DNA of 63,458 nt. Source: Octopus bimaculoides. Taxonomy: Eukaryota. The notes under the pieces were generated by a model. That model worked only from the letters and a program-made list of their open reading frames with translations. It was not told the origin of the DNA and searched no databases. A program made the position numbers and the translations under genes. Positions 52,756 through 63,458 of this stretch are shown piece after piece. The first letter of the stretch is position 1. Each line of letters begins with the position of its first letter. Location of the stretch: NCBI RefSeq assembly GCF_001194135.2, contig NC_068984.1:5257365-5320822 (forward strand), read 5' to 3'.

Positions 52756-53312
52756 CGAGGACAAATCAAAAGGCAATGCCATTTTGTTTAGGACAGGTAT
52801 AATTACCAACACAAGAACATGTATCAGACATCAAAATGAAGCTTATTATGAGTTTATTGTTTTTCCTTTTTGGCAAGAAATCGACCAGAATGACACCTTG
52901 AGCATCTCAAAAAGACAGTCGCCATGATTTTTCCAGCAGACTTTTGCCTCTTGAACTTTTTCGGTGGTGGTGACGTAGAGTGGCGCCATTCCATTGACTG
53001 CCTCTTTGATTCCGGTTCATAATGATGAACCCATGTTTCATCACCTGTTACGAACCTTCGAAAGAAGGTGTTGTCTCTTTGACTTTGTAGTGAAGAAGTG
53101 GCTCAAAGAACAGTCAACGAAATTTTACGGGGCAGGGATACATGCTCTCATTCGAAAGTGGAACATTGCTATTGAGAGAAACGGTGACTATGTTGACGAG
53201 TAGGGATGTGATCCACAGAGGACCAGCTTCATTTTGATGTTTGTTACAGGTTCCTGTGTTGGTAATTATACCTGACCTAAACAAAATGGCATTACTTTTT
53301 GACTCACCCTCG
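52756..53312. mobile_element. Internally deleted and inverted mariner (Tc1/mariner) element
   Basis: About 85-bp TIRs; TA left and CA right; minus-strand VTGDETWVHHYEPESKRQSMEWRH (52865-53052); plus-strand KKWLKEQSTKFY.AGIHALIRKW...NGDYVDE* (53087-53203). Confidence 0.9.
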
Positions 53313-53324
53313 CATATCTGTGTG

Positions 53325-53363
<39 letters not shown>

Positions 53364-54497
53364 NNNNNNNNNNNNNNNNNNNNNNNNNNNNNNNNNNNNN
53401 NNNNNNNNNNNNNNNNNNNNNNNNNNNNNNNNNNNNNNNNNNNNNNNNNNNNNNNNNNNNNNNNNNNNNNNNNNNNNNNNNNNNNNNNNNNNNNNNNNNN
53501 NNNNNNNNNNNNNNNNNNNNNNNNNNNNNNNNNNNNNNNNNNNNNNNNNNNNNNNNNNNNNNNNNNNNNNNNNNNNNNNNNNNNNNNNNNNNNNNNNNNN
53601 NNNNNNNNNNNNNNNNNNNNNNNNNNNNNNNNNNNNNNNNNNNNNNNNNNNNNNNNNNNNNNNNNNNNNNNNNNNNNNNNNNNNNNNNNNNNNNNNNNNN
53701 NNNNNNNNNNNNNNNNNNNNNNNNNNNNNNNNNNNNNNNNNNNNNNNNNNNNNNNNNNNNNNNNNNNNNNNNNNNNNNNNNNNNNNNNNNNNNNNNNNNN
53801 NNNNNNNNNNNNNNNNNNNNNNNNNNNNNNNNNNNNNNNNNNNNNNNNNNNNNNNNNNNNNNNNNNNNNNNNNNNNNNNNNNNNNNNNNNNNNNNNNNNN
53901 NNNNNNNNNNNNNNNNNNNNNNNNNNNNNNNNNNNNNNNNNNNNNNNNNNNNNNNNNNNNNNNNNNNNNNNNNNNNNNNNNNNNNNNNNNNNNNNNNNNN
54001 NNNNNNNNNNNNNNNNNNNNNNNNNNNNNNNNNNNNNNNNNNNNNNNNNNNNNNNNNNNNNNNNNNNNNNNNNNNNNNNNNNNNNNNNNNNNNNNNNNNN
54101 NNNNNNNNNNNNNNNNNNNNNNNNNNNNNNNNNNNNNNNNNNNNNNNNNNNNNNNNNNNNNNNNNNNNNNNNNNNNNNNNNNNNNNNNNNNNNNNNNNNN
54201 NNNNNNNNNNNNNNNNNNNNNNNNNNNNNNNNNNNNNNNNNNNNNNNNNNNNNNNNNNNNNNNNNNNNNNNNNNNNNNNNNNNNNNNNNNNNNNNNNNNN
54301 NNNNNNNNNNNNNNNNNNNNNNNNNNNNNNNNNNNNNNNNNNNNNNNNNNNNNNNNNNNNCCTTCTTTCTATTTCTATAATGTCTTATTTCAATTTGTTA
54401 CATCTCTGCATCAACAGTGATCTTAATTACAAGACGAATATACCGCCAGCGCTTTTAATGTTTTTACACAACTAAATTGTCACCCGCTGGGTTTTCC

Positions 54498-54499
<2 letters not shown>

Positions 54500-54536
<37 letters not shown>

Positions 54537-54900
54537 GAACATACACATGCATATACACACACATTCACACAACGTGCACACACTCACATGCAAACACACG
54601 CACTTGCACACAACACACACAGACACACACAGACACACACACATACGCACATGCACACAAACACAGGCATGCACACATTCACACAACATACACACGCACT
54701 TGCACTCAACACACACACACACGCACACACAAACACACAAACATACACATACAAACAGACACACACAAACACAGACATGCACACATTCACACAGTCATAC
54801 AACATACACACGCACTTGCACACCACATACACGCAAACACATACTCAAACACACAAGCATACACACGCACACACGTTCACACACACGCACACACACACGT
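54500..54900. repeat. Degenerate CA-rich low-complexity tract
   Basis: Read directly. Confidence 0.9.
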
Positions 54901-55242
54901 GCACACCGATGGCGAGCAAAGAAATGAGGGAGAGAAAGAGAGAGACTGAATGGCAGAGACAATCATATATTTCTCTCTCGTTATTCTCTCACAATTCATC
55001 CACAAAGACATTCTTCTCTCTGCGATGGCTCTCTCCTCTTTTCCCCATCTCTTCCCCTGTCTCACTCACGCTCCACACTCACCCCTACCCCTACCCCACA
55101 CTCCCCTGTGCCTCTTCTGATATCTCATTCAGATCCTGTCCAGCGGAACTGTCGCACGTGGACATCTCTCACTATAATCGCAATTACACAGCCTCCACTT
55201 TCCACCCCCATCTCTCACAATTACTACTACTACCACTACTAC

Positions 55243-55276
<34 letters not shown>

Positions 55277-55280
55277 ACTG

Positions 55281-55331
<51 letters not shown>

Positions 55332-55738
55332 TATCTATTTCTTCGAAACCAATCAATGCATTTGACACCAGATTTCACTTGACGCAAATCCTGTCACAAC
55401 GTTCGTCAAAAGAATTGGCAGCAATACCAGCTGTAGCAGCAGCAGCAGCAGCAGCAGCATCAAGAAGAAGAACAACAACAACAATACCCCTACCACCACT
55501 ACCACCACTACCAACTACACAGCCGCCGCAATTACTGTCAACATCATTATCGTCATGATGAGGACGATAATTATCAAGAACGTGATCATCGTCGTTGTCG
55601 ACTCCGACGCCATGATAAACGCTTTGCATCCTAACGTCTCTGCGCTATAAAACCATCACAAAGATCAGATGAAAAAAAGTCTACCATGTCCTCTTAATCT
55701 AAAAGAACATCAATAGTCTTTTCACGCACACACATATA

Positions 55739-55785
<47 letters not shown>

Positions 55786-55825
55786 GTGTGTGTGTGTGTG
55801 GTGCATATATATGTATGTATGTATG

Positions 55826-55861
<36 letters not shown>

Positions 55862-55940
55862 CATACATACATATACATACATATATATAAATAATACAAA
55901 ATGGGACAAGAACGCAGAACATCATACACACATACATACT

Positions 55941-55971
<31 letters not shown>

Positions 55972-56368
55972 GTACATGTATATATGCATATATACATGTG
56001 TATGTATGTATGTATGTATGCATGTATGTATGTATGTATGAATGCATGCATGTATGTATGTACATAGACACACTTGAGATCTATGGTGATTTTTACGTTG
56101 ACAAATAGATTTTTTTTTTAATGATTTCTCTCTCGCTTTGTTTCAAACAATATTCTATTCACTTCAGTAATATCGAGCAGTGAAAGCCCGGTTTCTTTCT
56201 GAAGACCGCCAAGGAAGGAAATTGAAAGTCCTGTTTCCACAAGTAGGACAACTCCCAACGCCATACATATGTATATTTCAACATGTTATCTGTTTTTACT
56301 GATCATTTTGATCGGCAGTAAAATGTGCTGCGTTGAAATTATATATGTCACGCAATTTTATATATACA

Positions 56369-56435
<67 letters not shown>

Positions 56436-56496
56436 TGCTTTCTCTATTTGTGAATTAAGAAGGCTAACAATGGGTCTGTCTGTCTATCAATCTACC

Positions 56497-57476
56497 TAAC
56501 GGGAGCAAACATTAACCGGGAAAAGTCAGTGGGCTTCCGGCTCGGCCCTTGGAGAAGCAAGCCATGCCGTCCAACAGCGTCTCCATTGTGGGACGCTGGA
56601 CCAATAGACCTGTTAAATTGCTCGGAGTCTGGTTCGGTCAGGACCTCCAAATGGAGAAGAAATGGAGCGAAATAACGATTAGGGTGGTAGCTCTCACCCA
56701 CCAATTGGCCCAGTGGAAGCTATCCCTAAAAGATCGGGCGGAGGTGGCGAACGCGTACATTGCATCCGTCATCGAATACTGTGTGACCGGAGAGGTGTTA
56801 TCACGTTCTCGGGCAGAATCTGGGCGTCGACGAGGAACACCTGACCCGCCTGTTCAGGACAACTTTCGGACCGGGACCTATGGACAATCACCAAAGATCC
56901 CTGGCATGACAATGCTATCAAGAAGCATTCCCTGTTCGGGATAAGCTCCACAGGTTCGAGACACAGGTTCGAGACACACCGGACCGACTTGCCCGAGATG
57001 CGGTCGGAGCGACGAAACCGTTCTGCACGCACTCGCGCAGTGTCCAACCATTTCGGACCTGTGGGCTTAAGTACCACTTGAAAAGGAAGGTGAGAATGGA
57101 GAGGCAAGTTTTGTCTCGTGAAAGTTTCAAAAAAAGTGGGTGAATGTAGCAAAGATGGTGCGTGCGAGTGACGAAACCACTTTGAGCATGATCCTGTAAA
57201 TCAAAAACAGAAAGGGAAAGAGCACTTTGCTCTCATGTGTTTATTTACTCCATGCCTGAGGTTACCATGGTCTTTTCCGTAGGATTTTCTTTCCACGGAT
57301 AAACCTAATCTTGCTATTTATATTTTTAAAATTCTTCTGTGACACACGATCCCTTTTGATCGGAATTTTACTTTTTTTTCTCCGTTTTTCCCCTTTTCTG
57401 TTTCATTTTCGAAAAGAAAAGTTCTACATTTGTATTTGTCCCTCTGCGTTCAGCCTTATGTGGCCAATAAAGAAAG
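56497..57476 (+). mobile_element. Second Tx1/L1-clade LINE copy, 5'-truncated with two internal deletions
   Basis: Colinear with about 41520-41790, 42200-42480 and 42680-42903 of the first copy; followed by (TATC)n. Confidence 0.9.
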
Positions 57477-57510
57477 TTATCTATCTATCGATCTATCTAT
57501 CTATCTATCG

Positions 57511-57603
<93 letters not shown>

Positions 57604-58842
57604 CAGAAATGTAAGCTCAAATATATAATTGCTTATAGATCAACATGTGGCCTATTTAAGAAAACATTTAAAATATTTATTCTATATACATAGGAATCTG
57701 TTCTATATAGGCTTAAACGATATAAGAGATTCATATTAGCAAATCTTATATGTACACAGATCAAAATATAAACTTAGTATGCATAAATTTAAAATATTGA
57801 TTAAAAGAAGAAAGAATAATATAGATGTTGACAATAACAAATTGTTATGAAAAATATTAATAGAACCTTGAAGCAGCTATCAATGACCGATCGATGACCG
57901 ATCAATGACCGATTTGATGAGTGGAAGTTAACTGACGTAACTAATTGAGCAATATTTATGTAGATTCAACTAGAAAGTGTGGCAGCGGAAGCAAAACAGT
58001 AATGCTTTTGGGGCCCGAGAGAGCTCGTCATTAACTAAATTTGAAATATTTGCAGTGTAAGATTGATTTTCAAGACCACGTTGTAGTTGTAGCAGTTTCA
58101 CTGTACAAAATAATACACAATTACATACGCTGCATCATTTGGTCTTTATGATGAGAACTAAGAGACGTTTCCGCACATGGTAATAACGTTGAAAATGTAA
58201 GAATATAAACACGAACCTCATATTCAAAATGTGTATGAGAGACGGTAAAATTGGTAACCTACAAATCAAAAAACGCTACTTTGATTAAGATACAAACCAA
58301 GCCTGAACAAACAGCGAAAAGTGAATGTCTATTATATTAACAACCGTTGACGTATATCACAATGCCTGGTTCAGTTCCTCGCACAGATATCAATTCCATC
58401 TTTCTTCGCACATGACCTCTTTCATATCACACACACACACACACANNNNNNNNNNNNNNNNNNNNNNNNNNNNNNNNNNNNNNNNNNNNNNNNNNNNNNN
58501 NNNNNNNNNNNNNNNNNNNNNNNNNNNNNNNNNNNNNNNNNNNNNNNNNNNNNNNNNNNNNNNNNNNNNNNNNNNNNNNNNNNNNNNNNNNNNNNNNCCC
58601 CCACACACATCTAATGAACAAATTTCGCCACCTCTTTCTCTGTTGCTCTCTAAACATTTATCTAAAATATCAGAGCGAATTAGTTCTTCGATCTGCAATA
58701 TTTCAATACATTTGTCCTGAATTAACAATCAAATTTACCAAGTCAAAATTTTATATTTAAAAAACTATTTAATTAAATTGTTGTTCCAATAACATTCATA
58801 ATTTCTTCATCCCAATTGTTTTATTGTCCACGGATAAAAACT

Positions 58843-59062
58843 CCTTCTACAGCAGACACACCTGAAATTTGGTGGGGAGGTGAGTAGAGGGAAAGTCGAT
58901 TACATCAATTCCATTACTTGATCAATAGTTATTATATCGATCGAAGAAGGATGAAAAGCAAAGTCGAACGAACTCAGCTGAATTTGAACTCAGAACGTAA
59001 AGACGGACGAAAAGTCGCTATGCGCTTTGTTCGGCATGCTAACGATTCTGTCAGCTTGTTGC
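58843..59062 (-). mobile_element. SINE family B, diverged
   Basis: ggatgaaaagcaaagtcga...tttgaactcagaacgtaaagacggacgaa. Confidence 0.8.
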
Positions 59063-59200
59063 ATTATGTCCGCATATAATAATGATGGAAATTATAGCAA
59101 ATTCCTGTGCGTGTGTGTGTGTGTGCGTGAGTGTATGTGTCCGTCCACGCGCGTGTATGTGTATGAGTACATCCATCTGTGTATGTGTGCGCGTGTATTT

Positions 59201-59232
<32 letters not shown>

Positions 59233-59715
59233 TTGGCATTGTAACTACTTCTTTGAGGTTCAGCATTGTAAGATCATTTTCCATCAGTTCCGCAATTCTT
59301 CCGCAAGATCCGTCCTCTAACGGTAGTCAGCACTTCATTCAACAACAACAACTGTCCTCATCCATGCAGGTCACAAGTCCACACCAACACAGGCATTCTA
59401 GTTTTTGCAGAGTCATTGAGAGTCATCGACCATGTAGTAATGCAGTTCGTACAAATATATATATTAGGGACTCCGCCATAAAGTAACTGCTGCATTTGTT
59501 GAGTTGGGCTGCTTGTTTCTCTGGAGACTGTCAGAATGTCGTAGACGCCTCTGAAGAGAACCCAATAAGTTTGGAAAATTGATTAAGGTAGTTCATCATT
59601 TTTTTATCAGTCTGCAGAGAAATTGTTAAAATTTGACCTGTTTATAATTATACCATGTGTCACACACGCGCCCGCGCGCACACACATACACACACACATA
59701 CACACACACACACAC

Positions 59716-59746
<31 letters not shown>

Positions 59747-60769
59747 TATATNNNNNNNNNNNNNNNNNNNNNNNNNNNNNNNNNNNNNNNNNNNNNNNNN
59801 NNNNNNNNNNNNNNNNNNNNNNNNNNNNNNNNNNNNNNNNNNNNNNNNNNNNNNNNNNNNNNNNNNNNNNNNNNNNNNNNNNNNNNNNNNNNNNNNNNNN
59901 NNNNNNNNNNNNNNNNNNNNNNNNNNNNNNNNNNNNNNNNNNNNNNNNNNNNNNNNNNNNNNNNNNNNNNNNNNNNNNNNNNNNNNNNNNNNNNNNNNNN
60001 NNNNNNNNNNNNNNNNNNNNNNNNNNNNNNNNNNNNNNNNNNNNNNNNNNNNNNNNNNNNNNNNNNNNNNNNNNNNNNNNNNNNNNNNNNNNNNNNNNNN
60101 NNNNNNNNNNNNNNNNNNNNNNNNNNNNNNNNNNNNNNNNNNNNNNNNNNNNNNNNNNNNNNNNNNNNNNNNNNNNNNNNNNNNNNNNNNNNNNNNNNNN
60201 NNNNNNNNNNNNNNNNNNNNNNNNNNNNNNNNNNNNNNNNNNNNNNNNNNNNNNNNNNNNNNNNNNNNNNNNNNNNNNNNNNNNNNNNNNNNNNNNNNNN
60301 NNNNNNNNNNNNNNNNNNNNNNNNNNNNNNNNNNNNNNNNNNNNNNNNNNNNNNNNNNNNNNNNNNNNNNNNNNNNNNNNNNNNNNNNNNNNNNNNNNNN
60401 NNNNNNNNNNNNNNNNNNNNNNNNNNNNNNNNNNNNNNNNNNNNNNNNNNNNNNNNNNNNNNNNNNNNNNNNNNNNNNNNNNNNNNNNNNNNNNNNNNNN
60501 NNNNNNNNNNNNNNNNNNNNNNNNNNNNNNNNNNNNNNNNNNNNNNNNNNNNNNNNNNNNNNNNNNNNNNNNNNNNNNNNNNNNNNNNNNNNNNNNNNNN
60601 NNNNNNNNNNNNNNNNNNNNNNNNNNNNNNNNNNNNNNNNNNNNNNNNNNNNNNNNNNNNNNNNNNNNNNNNNNNNNNNNNNNNNNNNNNNNNNNNNNNN
60701 NNNNNNNNNNNNNNNNNNNNNNNNNNNNNNNNNNNNNNNNNNNNNNNNNTATATATACATATATATATA

Positions 60770-60936
60770 TATATATATAATTTATATAAGGGCATTACTA
60801 TATAATAATGCCTCACGCTTAGAGGGACTAAATAAGTCAAAACTACCAAAAGTATTTTTGGTAGTTTTGACTTATTTAGTCCCACTAAGCGTGTGGCATT
60901 ACTATATAGTAATGCCCTTATATAAATTATATATAT
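60770..60936. repeat. Near-perfect palindrome with nested sub-hairpins, possibly a TA-targeting MITE
   Basis: Arms differ at 3 positions by eye; 4-nt loop GTAT; embedded in (TA)n. Confidence 0.85.
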
Positions 60937-61049
60937 TTACGGAAAAAAACGATGGGTTTTTTCCTTATGGGTTTTTCCACGCTGACTACTTGATAAATTC
61001 TTATAAAGATTTTATCCTATATTATATTATATATATATATATATATTAC

Positions 61050-61535
61050 ACGCTCACGTGGTCGCACCAGTTTCATCCTGTCTCCACCTCATAACACTTC
61101 GAACTTTTCTTGGACTACTCTACCTGGATTCTCTACCTGGACTTTCTACTCCCCTACACTCGGACTCCTACACTTCGGCTGCACCTCTCCTACCCATGGA
61201 TTACACTCGACTCTTCCGTTGATGAGAAATCGCTCCAATACACTACGAAGTTTGAATCTATTGAACTTTTCTAAACATTTTTTGTACTTTCTGCTTTTTC
61301 TTATTGTCGTTTGTCTCAATCCGTACTTGTCCCCTTGCCTCTCTCTCCCTCCCTTTCTTTCCCCTTTTTCTCCTGTGTGACCCCTCTGTCCGGCATTCGC
61401 TACGATAGATCGCTAGCTACTAAACCTTTTTTAATTTCTCTTCCTGTTTACCTCTGTTGAAGAACGTAGGCTCGAAACATAAAAGACTTACTCTCTTCCC
61501 GAGTGTTAAACTAATACATCTATTTGTTGTTTACT
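61050..61535 (+). mobile_element. Probable Penelope-like element terminal remnant with a decayed hammerhead motif at 61454-61486
   Basis: ctgttgaagaacgtaggctcgaaacataaaagact...cccgagtgttaaactaatacat matches 19630-19710. Confidence 0.5.
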
Positions 61536-63293
61536 ATATATATAGTTAATTCAAGGACATCTTATCCTTATTAGGGATTAATAAATCCAAAATTTCACTG
61601 CTTTAATCTCCATCACATTAGAAGAAAAGTTCCACGATGCGTTATGGATTATTATAATAGGTAAAAATTAATAATGTAAGAAAATGAAGAGTTGCGGATG
61701 CATAGATTATTTGTACCATAGTTTGTTGTTAATATATTGATACAAATAAATTTTTAAAAATCACAATAGAAGACTAAAAATACGTCAATGACGTAATACA
61801 CATTATACTCAAAAATCCCCAATGACGTAATACACATAATACTTAGAAAAAAACGTAATACGCATTTTCTTAGTATATAAATAAATAAATTGATAGATAC
61901 GTATTCAAAGATCTCTAAATATTCTATCATAATATAAAATGCAGATTATTATCTTAATTTACTTTATCCTATTAGTTCCCTTTTAATTTATTTTGTTTTA
62001 TCTTATTCTATTTTCGTTTTTACCCCCTTTTTAGAACAGATACTGAATAATATAAAACTGCATATATACTTAGTATATTCAACCGATGCTTAAACATAAA
62101 TACATATATATGTATNNNNNNNNNNNNNNNNNNNNNNNNNNNNNNNNNNNNNNNNNNNNNNNNNNNNNNNNNNNNNNNNNNNNNNNNNNNNNNNNNNNNN
62201 NNNNNNNNNNNNNNNNNNNNNNNNNNNNNNNNATATATATATATATATATATATATAAATATATATAGGAAAATATATACGCTTACTGAATACATGTGTA
62301 TATAAGTCTATGTATATATATATTAACTTGAATAAAACATCTATTAACGGATAGAATATTCAAATTTGGGTAGATGCTAACGTGTATATAAACGATTAAA
62401 TTTCATTAAATATGATTCGATGAACACCTATACATGAATATTTACTAGTATCTGCTAGTAAGTCACTAGAAATTATAGACTTATAACGGTTTACTTATTA
62501 TTTATCCTAATTTATTTATTTATTCTACTTTAATTTATTTTATGACATAATTACTTTCCCTTAAAGATATAAGAATATTTTGTTCATAATATTATTCGTA
62601 GATATATTTTTTAATAAGTTCATTATATTTATATAGTTATTTTTACTTACTTTGATTATAACCTTAGCAAATACATACGCGCAATATATATGAAATAACA
62701 TGTTAAACTTCTTCCTTAGTTGTAGATTTGAATCCCTTCAAGAAAGATGTAATCTTCGTTATTATTAAAACAAAAACACCCTGAAGCGATTCTACCTCTA
62801 ACAGCTTAAATTGTTAATATTGGATTTAACTTAAATGCTTTGAATTATTCATTACCAAGGGGCCAAAATCGAAACATATGTAGGTTTCTTGAGTCTCCCA
62901 TTGTGTTTTTAAAAGTTTATTTGTATTTATATCCTAACAACAAACTGTGATATAAATAAATTAACTATACATCCTCAACACTTCATTTTCTTATATTTAC
63001 ACGGAGTATAAAAAATATACAATACTAAGAGATTACATAATTTCTCAGCTTGACAGCCGTTTCAAGAACTCGCGAGTTACGTAATAATGATGATGTGCAT
63101 AATTAGCAGATGGTATATGCAAATATTCTCGGCTCTACAACCAGTAAACATTTAGAGAGATATTATCGTAAATTTGGCTCCCTTCACCAAGAAGTGGGCA
63201 AAATCATCTACATACATACATACATACATGCATACATACACACATACAATACATACATACATATCTATCTATCTATCTATATATATATATATA

Positions 63294-63458
63294 GGCGCAG
63301 AAGTGGCTGTGTGGTACGTAGGTTGCTTACCAACTACATGGTTCCAGGTTCATTCCCACTGCATGGCACCTTGGACAAGTGTCTTCTACTATAGCCTCGA
63401 GACGACCAAAGCCTTGTGAGTGGATTTGATAGACGGAAACTGAAAGAAGACTGTCGTG
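63294..63458 (+). mobile_element. SINE family A 5' half, cut by the window end
   Basis: ggcgcagaagtggctgtgtggta...gaaactgaaagaag. Confidence 0.92.

Noticed and set aside
54477-55690. 301-aa ORF and poly-Q/A/T frames resembling a transcription-factor exon
   Set aside because: Built from CA, CTA and CAG repeats; several frames on both strands are open, there is no codon bias and no domain.
59530-59590. CTGAAGAG...GGAAA hammerhead-like motif
   Set aside because: Weak stem II and no cleavage triplet or stem I.

Overview
Eukaryotic, AT-rich, microsatellite-saturated genomic scaffold with about 6.3 kb of N in 15 gaps. The SINE repertoire and repeat style suggest a cephalopod, probably Octopus; this is inference from recalled repeat families, not a database match. 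No intact protein-coding gene is visible, and nearly all ORFs in the supplied track are microsatellite or N artefacts. Recognisable content: (i) decayed non-LTR retrotransposons (two Tx1/L1-clade copies, three CR1-like, three RTE-like fragments); (ii) at least four tRNA-headed SINE families, labelled here A, B, C and E, in many copies; (iii) DNA-transposon relics (a rearranged mariner, hAT and pogo-like MITEs, a foldback-like element, two long palindromes); (iv) one short GC3-rich minus-strand segment beside a gap (46837-46915) that looks like the last coding exon of an otherwise unseen gene. Leads most worth checking: a tRNA-headed SINE carrying a Penelope-type minimal hammerhead ribozyme motif (one copy has a perfect 22-bp TSD); a Tx1 family whose two copies both sit in (TATC)n and whose 3' end is shared with a heterodimeric SINE; and SINE tails that match different partner retroelements present in this same window.
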